Below are positions 10,266 to 20,177 of a stretch of 64,000 bases of DNA, piece after piece (within the stretch, counting starts at the first letter, position 1; each line of letters begins with the position of its first letter). The notes under the pieces were generated by a model that worked only from the letters and a program-made list of their open reading frames with translations, had not been told where the DNA came from and did not search any database. The stretch lies in the NCBI GenBank assembly GCA_963706325.1, contig CAVPLT010000007.1, positions 1 through 64,000 on the forward strand. The letters are read 5' to 3'. A program made the translations under genes and the position numbers. The stretch comes from an uncultured Nitrospiraceae bacterium (GTDB lineage Bacteria > Nitrospirota > Nitrospiria > Nitrospirales > Nitrospiraceae).

Positions 10266-11312
10266 TTGGTAACCGAGCATCGGGAGGGCGAGCAGTTTCA
10301 GTTTCGAGTAGGGGAGTCCAGCCAAGTAGCCGAAGTACGCCGGAAGGTCACTGGATTAGCGGGCCAGGCCGGACTAGATGAAACGCAAGCCGGTATCTGT
10401 GCCGTGATTGCATCTGAAATGGGCACGAATCTGGTCAAGCACGCCAAAGAGGGTGAGATATTCCTGAGAACCCTGTCCCATGGGTCCGTGCAAGGTGTTG
10501 AGCTGGTGGCGTTGGATCGAGGGCCTGGTATGGGCAATGTCGGTCGCGCTCTCCAGGACGGTCATTCCACGGCAGGCAGCAGCGGCACCGGCCTAGGGGC
10601 CATCGTTCGGATGGCGACGGAATTTGATATTTATTCGATTCCGGGACGAGGGACAGCGCTCGTTGCTCGTATGTGGAATGGAGTCGGTCCGAGCGCGGGT
10701 AAGGGACGGGCCAGTCGGATCGGTGTGATCAACGTAGCCATACCCGGGGAGAGCGTGTCCGGGGATGCGTGGTATGCCGAGTCGGCGCGGCGACGCACGG
10801 TATGCGCGGTGGTGGACGGACTAGGCCATGGTCCCCTGGCAGCTCAGGCGGCCGTTCTTGCGATTGGGAGCTTGCGCGAACATCATGACGCTTCACTCAC
10901 TGATCAGATCGGTTTCGCCCATGGCGCGCTCCGTTCGACCAGAGGCGCAGCGATAGGGGTTGCAGAAATTCTTCATGACCACGGCCTCGTGAAGTTTGTC
11001 GGCGTCGGCAACATCATGGCTGCCGTGTGTCAGGATGGAACAGCTCGCCACATGGTGTCTCAGAACGGGATTCTCGGCCACCAGATTGGACGGGTGAAGG
11101 AGTTTCAGTACCCATGGTCCGACTCGGCGACGCTAATTATGTGTTCGGATGGGATCAACACCCATTGGGATATCAATCCGTATGCGGGACTGGCGGCCCG
11201 CGATCCCAGTCTTATTGCCGGCACGCTGTACCGCGACTTCGCCCGCGGTCGTGACGATGCGACCGTCATTGTGCTCGCAATGCCCGTATCGGGATCCGGC
11301 TCTCATCCATAA
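10266..11312 (+). CDS. RsbT-like HATPase + SpoIIE/PP2C phosphatase (RsbX-like)
   Basis: N-terminal SEMGTNLVKHA/DRGPG/GTGLG; C-terminal SGDAW, VDGLGHG, CSDGI and DDAT PP2C motifs. Confidence 0.88.
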   Translation: MVTEHREGEQFQFRVGESSQVAEVRRKVTGLAGQAGLDETQAGICAVIASEMGTNLVKHAKEGEIFLRTLSHGSVQGVELVALDRGPGMGNVGRALQDGHSTAGSSGTGLGAIVRMATEFDIYSIPGRGTALVARMWNGVGPSAGKGRASRIGVINVAIPGESVSGDAWYAESARRRTVCAVVDGLGHGPLAAQAAVLAIGSLREHHDASLTDQIGFAHGALRSTRGAAIGVAEILHDHGLVKFVGVGNIMAAVCQDGTARHMVSQNGILGHQIGRVKEFQYPWSDSATLIMCSDGINTHWDINPYAGLAARDPSLIAGTLYRDFARGRDDATVIVLAMPVSGSGSHP

Positions 11313-11375
11313 CAGCCGGAGGACAGGCCAAATGGTGCGTCACGTCATGCAGACATATTCAGCAGGTTTCGCCCT

Positions 11376-13568
11376 ATGAGCCACTCGATCATCAATGTCG
11401 CCTTGAAGTATGAGGATGATGTCGTGGCCGCGCGTCAGCGGGCCCGGCAGATTGCGGGCCTGATCGGATTCGATGCGCAGGACCAAACCAGAATTGCCAC
11501 GGCGGTGTCGGAAATTGCGCGTAATGCGTTTCGTTATGCGGACAATGGCATGGTCGAATTCCTCGTCGAGGGACAGACCTCACCCCAAGTGTTGCTGATC
11601 CGCGTCACGGATAGAGGGCCCGGCATCCCTGACCTGAAACAGATCCTGGACGGACGATATCGGTCTCAAACCGGCATGGGGTTGGGCCTGATCGGCGCAA
11701 AACGACTCATGGACCAGTGCGAAATCGAGACCGCGCCGGGGCAAGGCACCAAGGTTCTCCTGAAAAAAATATTCCCGGCACGGGTGCGGTCACTCGGGGC
11801 CAAGGAGCTGTCGAGCTTAGTGGATCAATTGATCCAGACACCCGCTCAGAATGCCCAAGAGGAATTGCGGCAACAAAACCATGAGCTTTTGCGGGCGCTG
11901 GAAGAACTACGTCTTCGGCAAGACGAGCTCGTTCGTATGAATCACGAACTCGAGGATACGAATAGAGGGGTCGTCGCGCTCTACGCCGAATTGGATGAGA
12001 AGGCTGACCATCTTCGGCAGGCGGATCACATGAAGTCCCGTTTCTTGTCCAACATGAGCCATGAGTTCCGCACGCCCTTGAGCTCTATTCTAGCCCTCTC
12101 CGGATTGCTGCTGGATCGCTCCGACGGAGAACTGACTTCCGAGCAGGACAAGCAAGTGCGATTTGTTCGCAAGGCGGCCGAGAGTCTCCTGGAACTGGTC
12201 AACGATTTATTGGATCTGGCCAAGATAGAAGCCGGCAAAGTCGAAGTGCGACCGGTTGAGTTCGACATGAAGACGATGTTCAGCGCGCTCCGTGGCATGC
12301 TCAAGCCGCTATTGACGAGCACGTCCGTGAACCTTGTGTTCGAGGAAGCGGAGGACCTTCCGGTGTTGTACACCGATGAGGGGAAGGTGTCGCAGATCCT
12401 GCGGAACTTTATTTCGAACGCCCTGAAGTTCACGGAGCGCGGTGAGATTCGAGTCACCACCGCAGTCAATGCCGATCGCCGCGCCATGACAATCGCGGTG
12501 GCCGACACCGGCATCGGCATCAAACCGGAGGATCACAGCAGAATTTTTGAAGAATTTTCTCAATTGGATAGTCCCATCCAGCGGCGCGTGAAGGGCACGG
12601 GTTTGGGACTGCCCCTCTGTAGAAAATTGGCGTTCCTGCTTGGCGGGGAAGTCACCGTAGAAAGTCAGGTTGGGATCGGCTCGATATTCCGGCTGACGGT
12701 TCCTCTCTATCATGAAAAGGCCGGCGACATGATCCTGAAGCCTGCCATTGCGCATGACTTTTCTCTGGACCCCAATCGGATTCCGATCCTCGTCGTCGAG
12801 GATAACCCGGAGACGCGCCTGACCTATGAGAAGTTTCTTCGGAACAGCCGGTATCAACCGATTCTTTGCGGCGGGCTGTCGGAAGCCCGTCGGCTTTTAC
12901 GGCAGTTCCGACCAGCGGCGATCCTCTTAGACTTGCTCTTGAGAGGCCAGGACAGTTGGCAGTGGCTCGCGCACATGAAGGCTGACGAATCCACACGGAC
13001 GATTCCTATCCTCATCGTGACCACCGTGGAGGACCGCGCCAAGGCCTTCATGCTCGGCGCTGATGCCTATCAAGTGAAGCCGATCGAGCAGACCACCTTG
13101 CTCGCTGAATTAGATCGCCTGGTCCAGCTGATGGCGACGGAGAAGGGCTCTGACCCAATCGATCTGCCTCGCATTATGGTCATCGATGATGAGGAATCCT
13201 TTCGCTACATTTTGAAAAAGTGTCTCGCCGGCGTTCCTTGTACCATCTCGGAAGCCGGAGACGGCATGGAAGGGATTCGAATGTGCCGTGACCTCCGGCC
13301 GGACCTGATTTTCCTGGATCTCAATATGCCGGGACGATCCGGATGGCAGTTTCTCCAGGATTTGGCTGCTTCCAAAAAACTGGAGGGGACGCCGGTCGTC
13401 ATCGTGACCTCTCAAGCCCTCTCGGCGGAGGCACGCTCCATCCTGGATCGATCGACGCGAGGCATTGTCATGAAAAGTGAGCTGTCGGAAGACTCCGTGC
13501 GTCGCATGGTCGAGGAGTTGATTCCCCATCCCGTGCACGCGCATGCTGACGGAGACCAATTGCCGTAG
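11376..13568 (+). CDS. Hybrid histidine kinase with N-terminal RsbT-like HATPase, coiled coil, HisKA, HATPase and two REC domains
   Basis: DVVAARQ..TAVSEIARN..DRGPGI..GMGLGLIGAKRLM; SHEFRTPL H-box; NALKFT; GTGLGL; two receiver domains. Confidence 0.9.
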   Translation: MSHSIINVALKYEDDVVAARQRARQIAGLIGFDAQDQTRIATAVSEIARNAFRYADNGMVEFLVEGQTSPQVLLIRVTDRGPGIPDLKQILDGRYRSQTGMGLGLIGAKRLMDQCEIETAPGQGTKVLLKKIFPARVRSLGAKELSSLVDQLIQTPAQNAQEELRQQNHELLRALEELRLRQDELVRMNHELEDTNRGVVALYAELDEKADHLRQADHMKSRFLSNMSHEFRTPLSSILALSGLLLDRSDGELTSEQDKQVRFVRKAAESLLELVNDLLDLAKIEAGKVEVRPVEFDMKTMFSALRGMLKPLLTSTSVNLVFEEAEDLPVLYTDEGKVSQILRNFISNALKFTERGEIRVTTAVNADRRAMTIAVADTGIGIKPEDHSRIFEEFSQLDSPIQRRVKGTGLGLPLCRKLAFLLGGEVTVESQVGIGSIFRLTVPLYHEKAGDMILKPAIAHDFSLDPNRIPILVVEDNPETRLTYEKFLRNSRYQPILCGGLSEARRLLRQFRPAAILLDLLLRGQDSWQWLAHMKADESTRTIPILIVTTVEDRAKAFMLGADAYQVKPIEQTTLLAELDRLVQLMATEKGSDPIDLPRIMVIDDEESFRYILKKCLAGVPCTISEAGDGMEGIRMCRDLRPDLIFLDLNMPGRSGWQFLQDLAASKKLEGTPVVIVTSQALSAEARSILDRSTRGIVMKSELSEDSVRRMVEELIPHPVHAHADGDQLP

Positions 13569-13582
13569 CCACAACCGTTACC

Positions 13583-16495
13583 ATGAAAACATCCTACCGA
13601 CATACGATCCTCAACGTAGACGACGATGAAGGGGCTCGGTACGCCAAAACCAGAATTTTTGAGCGTGCCGGCTACCGAGTCCTGGAAGCGGCCACCGGCG
13701 GAGATGCGCTCAGCTTGGTGCATGACGAGCGACCTCAACTGGTCTTGCTGGATGTCGGGCTGCCGGATATCAACGGCATCGAGATCTGCCGGCGGATTAA
13801 GAAAAACGCCGCGAGTAAGCACACGATGGTGCTGCAGGTTTCCGCGTCCTGCGTGAGGCCTCAGGAACGGGCCATGGGCCTGGACGGCGGAGCGGACGTC
13901 TATCTGAGCGAACCGGTCGAGTCGACTGAGCTGATCGGCGCGGCAAAGGCGCTCTTGCGCCTGTACGATCGGGAAGAGGAGAGTAGGGTCCTACTGAAGG
14001 AACTGACCGAGCGAGAACGGTTCATCAAAAGCTTGGTGGACGCAGCTCCTTCCACCGTGTATCTCTACGATCTGCGCGAGCAGCGCAATTTGTATGCGAA
14101 CGCCAGGTCAGGCGAGACGCTGGGGTATGGGCCGGAAGAATTGCAGCTGATCAGCCGGGAGACACTGCAACAGTGGGTGCATCCTGACGATCTCTCCTTG
14201 GTCATGTCTCACCTGGCGCAGTTGCCGTCCCAGGAAGACGGGGAGGTGCTGGAATTCGAGTGCCGGTTGCAGCACCGATCGAAAGAATGGCGGTGGTTCC
14301 TGTCCCGCAATGTCGTGTTCGCGCGAGAGGAACAGGGACGGCCGGTGCAGATTCTCGGTACCGCCCTCGATATCACGGATCGAAAACAGCAGGACGCGAT
14401 ACTGCGCAGCGGGAGAGAGCGGCAGGAGTTGTTGCTCGAAATCAGCCGGATGATTCTAGACATGCCGGTGGACCGCGGCGCTTGGACGCGAGCTATTTAT
14501 GAGAAAGTCGCGGCTCATCTCGACGTGGATCTCTGCCTGAATTTTCTGCTGGATGGAAAGACGCGAGCGCTTCACCTGCTGGTCGGCTTGGGGATTCCTG
14601 ACGCGCTGGTGGAGAGGGCGCAGCGGCTCGATCCGGGACAAGCCTTTTGTAGCGATGTGGTCGACTCCGGCAGGTCAATGGTGGCCGATGCCGATCGAAT
14701 TGACTCGGATCCTCAAGGCGCCTTCGTGCGAGCGATGGGGGTGCGAGCCTATGCCTGCCATCCTTTGCGGGCCAGCGATGGGCAGGTGCTGGGTACGCTC
14801 TCTTTTGGAACGAGTCGACGAACCCGATTCACCGAGGAAGAAAGCAGCTTTTTCCAAACCCTCTGCCATATGGTGGCCATGGCCTGGGAACGGCATAGCG
14901 CGTCGACCGCGCTGACGGAGAGTGAAACCCGCTTGAAGGCCATCGTAGAGAGTGCCGTCGACGGCATCATTACCCTCGACGCTCAGGGGCTGATTCGAAG
15001 CATCAACCCGGCGGTCGAACGCATGTTCGGACATCGATCCGATGATTTGCCGGGGCGGGCTATCACCATGTTGATGCCGTCGCCCTATCCCGGTGGGCTC
15101 GACGGTGAGCTTGCAGCCGGTCAAGCGCACCCATATCCAAACTTAAAGGGGCTCTGTCGGGAGATGCTGGGTGTTCGAAACGATGGGTCCAGCTTTCCGG
15201 TGGAACTCGCCATCAGTGAGAACCTCTTGGATGAGCATGTCACCTATACGGTGCTGTTGCGCGACATTACGGAACGCAAGAAGGTTCAAGAGCACATGCG
15301 GGGTTGGACCATTGAACTCGAACAACGCGTGGCCGAGCGCACCCAGGAGTTAATCCATTCCCGCACCCGGTTGAGAGCATTGGCCTCAGATTTGACGCTG
15401 ACCGAACAGCGTGAGCGCCAGCGCATCGCGGCGGAGCTGCATGATTATCTGGCGCAATTGCTGGTGTTCGGCCGCATGAAGTTGAGTCAGGCCAAACGGG
15501 GCAATCTAGGTCCCGCCGCAGGACTGGTGCAGGAATTAGATGATATGCTGGATGAGGCGCTGACCTATACCAGAACCCTGGTGGCTGAATTAACTCCTCC
15601 TGTGCTACGTGAATTTGGCTTGGTGGTTGCGATCCGATGGCTCTCGGAGCAGATGCGTCGACAGGAAATGACGGTGACAGTCCGTTGCGACATGGAATCG
15701 GTGCAGATGCCGGAGGATCAGGCGGTGCTTCTGTTTCAATCCGCGCGCGAACTGTTGATCAACGTGGCCAAACATGCTCGAACGGCACAGGCGTCGATTT
15801 CGGTATGGATCGATGAGGGCATGTTCCACCTCTGTGTGGCCGATGAGGGGGCAGGATTCGATCAGGTGGCCTTCACTGAGAATTTGACCGCCCCCAAGTT
15901 CGGTCACTTCAGTATCCGGGAACGTATGGATGCGCTGGGCGGCAGGATGACAGTCGAGTCATCCAAGGGTGCAGGGACAAAGATCACCTTGATCATTCCC
16001 TACGCGGCGACAAAGGAGCTGGAGCCTCTCGCGGTTGATGCAAAGAAAACCGCGACCACAACGACGCTTGATAGTCTGCCGGCTGGGCCGATGCAAGAAA
16101 CCAAAAGCTCCGCTAAAACGCGCGTCTTGCTGGTGGATGATCATGCGATGCTCCGCCAAGGCCTTCGAACAGTGCTGGAAGGCTACGCAGATATCGAGGT
16201 CGTCGGAGAAGCGACGAATGGAGAGCAGGCGGTCATGCTCGCACAGTCGCTGCACCCAGAGGTCGTCATCATGGATATCAATATGCCGGGAATGGATGGC
16301 ATAGAGGCCACGCGCCGGCTGAAATCGGAGCGGCCAGGCACACTCGTGATCGGGCTCTCAGTGCATAACAACTGGCAGGTGGAACAGGTGATGAGAGAAG
16401 CAGGCGCCGTCTCCTTCCTGGCTAAGGATGCCGCCATCGAACAACTTCACGCCACGATTCAGCAGGCCCTACGGTCGGGGGATCGTGCCCGGTAG
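13583..16495 (+). CDS. Hybrid sensor kinase REC-PAS-GAF-PAS-HisKA_3-HATPase-REC
   Basis: N-terminal REC; VHPDD..DITDRK PAS; GAF (YACHPL..GTLSFG); ERQRIAAELHDYLAQ H-box; C-terminal NarL-type REC without HTH. Confidence 0.9.
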   Translation: MKTSYRHTILNVDDDEGARYAKTRIFERAGYRVLEAATGGDALSLVHDERPQLVLLDVGLPDINGIEICRRIKKNAASKHTMVLQVSASCVRPQERAMGLDGGADVYLSEPVESTELIGAAKALLRLYDREEESRVLLKELTERERFIKSLVDAAPSTVYLYDLREQRNLYANARSGETLGYGPEELQLISRETLQQWVHPDDLSLVMSHLAQLPSQEDGEVLEFECRLQHRSKEWRWFLSRNVVFAREEQGRPVQILGTALDITDRKQQDAILRSGRERQELLLEISRMILDMPVDRGAWTRAIYEKVAAHLDVDLCLNFLLDGKTRALHLLVGLGIPDALVERAQRLDPGQAFCSDVVDSGRSMVADADRIDSDPQGAFVRAMGVRAYACHPLRASDGQVLGTLSFGTSRRTRFTEEESSFFQTLCHMVAMAWERHSASTALTESETRLKAIVESAVDGIITLDAQGLIRSINPAVERMFGHRSDDLPGRAITMLMPSPYPGGLDGELAAGQAHPYPNLKGLCREMLGVRNDGSSFPVELAISENLLDEHVTYTVLLRDITERKKVQEHMRGWTIELEQRVAERTQELIHSRTRLRALASDLTLTEQRERQRIAAELHDYLAQLLVFGRMKLSQAKRGNLGPAAGLVQELDDMLDEALTYTRTLVAELTPPVLREFGLVVAIRWLSEQMRRQEMTVTVRCDMESVQMPEDQAVLLFQSARELLINVAKHARTAQASISVWIDEGMFHLCVADEGAGFDQVAFTENLTAPKFGHFSIRERMDALGGRMTVESSKGAGTKITLIIPYAATKELEPLAVDAKKTATTTTLDSLPAGPMQETKSSAKTRVLLVDDHAMLRQGLRTVLEGYADIEVVGEATNGEQAVMLAQSLHPEVVIMDINMPGMDGIEATRRLKSERPGTLVIGLSVHNNWQVEQVMREAGAVSFLAKDAAIEQLHATIQQALRSGDRAR

Positions 16496-16515
16496 CTCTG
16501 CGCGTTTCGACTCTC

Positions 16516-16941
16516 TCACCATGTCATGGAGGAGGTGATCAGGTCCTTTCCTTGTCTCCAATCGCAACGCGCCGCATTGGCGAGCTCGCCTTCTTCGTCA
16601 CGGTCGATCCACATCTCCCACCGTCCATCTTGATTCGCGTCATACCAGTAAAACAGTGGATGCCGCGCAAAGGATATTCCCATGATGTGGCGAGCCGTGC
16701 GGTAGTTCACCTGGCCGTTTCCTCTAAGCGAATAATCGCGAACGAGCAATCCGAGGATCGTGTCATAGGATTGCGTGACGAGACAGTCCTCGCCTGACTC
16801 GTTCGGAAGCGATGGATCGGCTTGTGAAATGGCGGGCCAGGCCCAGTACAACGCTACTACCGCCGACAGCCCTAACGTCCGTCCTATTCTTCTCATGGAA
16901 TCCCCCTTGAACCCATTCACGCGGTCGGAATGCGCATACAT
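16516..16941 (-). CDS. Hypothetical secreted protein
   Basis: Signal-peptide-like segment and PLFYWYDANQDG. Start may be the internal Met (MRRIGR). Confidence 0.55.
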   Translation of the reverse strand: MYAHSDRVNGFKGDSMRRIGRTLGLSAVVALYWAWPAISQADPSLPNESGEDCLVTQSYDTILGLLVRDYSLRGNGQVNYRTARHIMGISFARHPLFYWYDANQDGRWEMWIDRDEEGELANAARCDWRQGKDLITSSMTW

Positions 16942-17082
16942 GTTTCCGATCTTGCGCCGGGTTGCAGGAGGTGAGCACTGGATATGTACCTAGCTAGGAA
17001 AGCCGCTCGTTCTCACTGCGGCCAGAGAGCGAAGGAGAGTTGCGATTGGAAGGTTGGAAAGGAAGGAAAAAGTTGAACTCGC

Positions 17083-17418
17083 CTATATGGTCGGGCGGGG
17101 CATGTACATGATGACGGCCATCCCGATTATGCACATGACAGCGCCGACCACGTCGAACCGATCCGGCCTCGTGCCGTCCGCGCCCCACCCCCACAACAAC
17201 GAGAGCACGATGAACATGCCGCCGTAGGCTGCGTACACCCGCCCGAAATGGGCCGTCTGCAGCGTTGGAATCAGTCCGTACAGGATCAAGAGCATCGCGC
17301 CCGCCGCCGCATATCCGAACGGTTTCCCCTCACGAAACCAGAGCCAGACGAGATAGCCGCCGCCGATTTCACACAATCCAGCGACGACGAAGAGACTGAT
17401 CGACAGAGCGAATGACAT
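17083..17418 (-). CDS. ynfA: YnfA/UPF0060 SMR-like membrane protein
   Basis: [28 protein letters not shown] and PDRFD. GGAGG RBS before ATG. Confidence 0.9.
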   Translation of the reverse strand: MSFALSISLFVVAGLCEIGGGYLVWLWFREGKPFGYAAAGAMLLILYGLIPTLQTAHFGRVYAAYGGMFIVLSLLWGWGADGTRPDRFDVVGAVMCIIGMAVIMYMPRPTI

Positions 17419-17578
17419 CGCCGATTCCTCCCAAGGAAGGTTAGGCCCCGACTGGGGCGTAGATCGTTGGTGAGTTCCTTGCCTGCCTGGCGCATCAGCG
17501 AGCCCCATGGGTCTACTATGGCTCGTGATCGGCAGGCAAGTGTGGAATGATGGGCAGAAAATGCATATCGGCAACCCT

Positions 17579-18103
17579 TTAGAAGCAGGGCTTGTCGGAA
17601 AAGAGGACGATAGGAATTTCTCTATTATGAATATGAAGTATGACCCCGCCGAATAATCGAGACAGAAAAGAAAGATCGCTGTGAGTGCGATCCGTCAGGC
17701 TCTCTCGAACGCTTCTCGCCCAGGAATCCATCTCCTGCTGATTCTCAGGGATCGACAGATGTAATAGCCGTCCCTGCTGCCAAGCGTGAATTGGGCCATG
17801 GGCAGTCTCGGACGTGACGTCCTTCGCCTTGCTGATCCCCAGCTTCAATTGATTGCTGTTCAGCGCAGTCACGACAGCCTCGCGCATGTCTGAACAATTC
17901 ACCCGAACCGCTCGGACATGGTGCAGTCGTGTGAACGCCGCCTCGTCGGCTAGAAACTGACGATACTCATCCAGGCTCGAAACCGTGTAGGTTTGGATAT
18001 GGAGGATACGGCAGGCCGCCGGCGGACACCAGGCCACAGCTATCACGATGATCAGCGCCGTCAGTCCGACAATAAGCACTAGAGTGATGTGCCGACGCTG
18101 CAT
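17579..18103 (-). CDS. Hypothetical membrane-anchored protein
   Basis: 174-aa ORF with an N-terminal TM helix, directly downstream of the pentapeptide-repeat gene. Confidence 0.55.
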   Translation of the reverse strand: MQRRHITLVLIVGLTALIIVIAVAWCPPAACRILHIQTYTVSSLDEYRQFLADEAAFTRLHHVRAVRVNCSDMREAVVTALNSNQLKLGISKAKDVTSETAHGPIHAWQQGRLLHLSIPENQQEMDSWARSVRESLTDRTHSDLSFLSRLFGGVILHIHNREIPIVLFSDKPCF

Positions 18104-18123
18104 TCGTGCTTTCTTGCGGGACG

Positions 18124-19554
18124 TTATTGCCGACGCCGCAGGTGCTGCTCCGAGCAGGCGTGTGGCCTCCGAAGGTCGCTCGGAACGATCGTGGCCTCAT
18201 CCAGACAGGCCGCATCGAGTTGAGCCTGGACGAGGCCCAGGGCGCCGCCCAAATTTGCTCCTCGCAGATCGGCATGCTGCAAGTCCGCGTTGTTTAGGTG
18301 GGCTCCGGTGAAATCCGCTCCGGCGGCATTCGCTCCGCGCAGAATAGCTTCCTGCAGATTGGCTTGGACGAGAATGGCCCGGCGGAGGTCGGCCTGGCCC
18401 AGGTTGCTTCCCACCAGGCTGGCCAGTTCCAGATTCGCTTCGCCCAACTGAGCCCGTGACAGCGACGCATTCGGCGCGTACACCTCAGCAAGGTCGGCCT
18501 TTCGAAGATCCGCGCGCGTGAGTTGCGCATCGACCAGCACGGCACGATTCATGTTAGCGCCGTGCAGATCAGCCGCGGGCAAAGTTGCCTTGTACAGGAT
18601 GGCCATGACCAGCGTGGCTGAGTTCAGTCGAGCTTTGGCGAGATTCGCGCCTTCCATATTGGCACTTTCTAAGTTGGCGCGTTGCAGCATGGCGCCGCCC
18701 AAATGGGTGTAACGAAGGTCTGCCCCTCGCAAGCTCGTTTCTCGCAGATCGGCGCTTGCAAGTGAGGCCTCCTCTAAAAATGCGCTATCGAGGGTTGCTG
18801 CCGCAAGCGACGCGCCCTCCAGGTTGGCGTAGTCCAGCAAGGCGCCCTCCAGGTTGGCTTGGCGAAGATTGGCCAGTCGCATATTGGTTCTGCGCAGATC
18901 TGCGCCGCCAAGGTCGGCATCCTTCAGAATGGTCCGATAGAGATTCGCGCCGTAGAAGTAACTGTCGACCAGGCTGGCGTCGCTGAAGTCGGCGCGTTGC
19001 AGATCTGCATCTTCGAAATGGGCTCGTTCCAGTGTCGCCTCCTGCAAGAGCGCGCCCTGAAGGTTGGCTCCGTATAAAACGGCTTCACCTGCGGCGGCTC
19101 GTTTGAGATGCGCCTTGACAAGGAGGGCTTTACGTAGGTCAGCCCCCTCCAGCACGGAGTCGTCGAGCATGGCCTGCGAGAGGTTCGCGCCCGTAAGGTG
19201 AGTCTGCATCAGGTTCGCGTTGCGCAGATTGATGCCCGTCAAGAGAGCTCCTTCAAGATTGCTTCGTTCAAGATTGGCTCCCACCAGGCGAAGCCCTCGC
19301 AGGTCCGTCCGGCAGAGGTTGGCTCGCCGTCCGTTTGAGGACTCCCGCGCCTCCAACCAGCGCGCATGGGACTGCAGCACGCCGGTCACGGTGTGTAACG
19401 TCGGCCTTGTCTGCTTAAACGTACTCTCGCACGTACCGGTCGGCGAGGACTTGGGGGCAGATTTCGCCGCGGCCTCGATCCCGGACGGAGAGGCAAGCAT
19501 CACCGCCATCACGACTCCCGCTAGGCTGGTGACGAAAAGAGGAGGCTGGTTCAT
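18124..19554 (-). CDS. Exported pentapeptide-repeat protein
   Basis: Signal peptide followed by dozens of A(D/N)Lxx repeats. AAGGAG RBS before MNQPP. Confidence 0.92.
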   Translation of the reverse strand: MNQPPLFVTSLAGVVMAVMLASPSGIEAAAKSAPKSSPTGTCESTFKQTRPTLHTVTGVLQSHARWLEARESSNGRRANLCRTDLRGLRLVGANLERSNLEGALLTGINLRNANLMQTHLTGANLSQAMLDDSVLEGADLRKALLVKAHLKRAAAGEAVLYGANLQGALLQEATLERAHFEDADLQRADFSDASLVDSYFYGANLYRTILKDADLGGADLRRTNMRLANLRQANLEGALLDYANLEGASLAAATLDSAFLEEASLASADLRETSLRGADLRYTHLGGAMLQRANLESANMEGANLAKARLNSATLVMAILYKATLPAADLHGANMNRAVLVDAQLTRADLRKADLAEVYAPNASLSRAQLGEANLELASLVGSNLGQADLRRAILVQANLQEAILRGANAAGADFTGAHLNNADLQHADLRGANLGGALGLVQAQLDAACLDEATIVPSDLRRPHACSEQHLRRRQ

Positions 19555-19594
19555 CAATGGGTCTCCTTCACGAAATGTAGTGGGATCGGATGGT

Positions 19595-19981
19595 CTATTG
19601 ACCTTGTTGGACGAGGAACCGGATATACGCAAGTGCGTCCTGCTGTTCGGTCTCGGTCAGTATGCCCTGCCATGAATGCATGGAGCTGAAGACGACGCCG
19701 TGCTCGATGGTTCGGAGCAACTCTTCGTCGGACTTGAGGACGGAGGTAAAGCGGTGAAAATTCATAGGCGGGACCCGCAGGGCTGCTGCATCGGGGCCGT
19801 CCCCCCGTCCCCCGGAGCCATGGCAAGCGAGACAATGGCGTTCGTACACGGTTTTGCCTCTGGTCACGTCTGGCGGAAAGTCTTGCGCAACGGCATGGGT
19901 GAATGCTGACGCCATGGCCAGGATGAGTAAGACAGTGAGGTAGCCGCAACGGGTCGCGGTGTTCGTGGAGATCAGCATCAT
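19595..19981 (-). CDS. Monoheme cytochrome c
   Basis: Signal peptide, CLACH heme motif, GRGDGP, and distal Met in SSMHSW. Confidence 0.9.
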   Translation of the reverse strand: MMLISTNTATRCGYLTVLLILAMASAFTHAVAQDFPPDVTRGKTVYERHCLACHGSGGRGDGPDAAALRVPPMNFHRFTSVLKSDEELLRTIEHGVVFSSMHSWQGILTETEQQDALAYIRFLVQQGQ

Positions 19982-20177
19982 GCGGCCTTGTCCCTTCAGC
20001 TTTTTTTGAGTCATGTGGGCGATGACCGCTGAAAAGTACCGCTGCGATGATGTGCGGCAGCAACCCGGACATGCTGCCGCACCCTTCTCGTATTGCTTCA
20101 GCGGCAGGACCACCAGCGTTCTTTCCCGCAGTTAAGACAAGTATCGTCATTCATTGGGATAGGCGCCGCCCCAGCCC

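Noticed and set aside
18124..19330. Repetitive DNA or CRISPR-like periodicity
   Set aside because: The 15-bp periodicity is explained by pentapeptide-repeat coding; there are no identical repeats with spacers.
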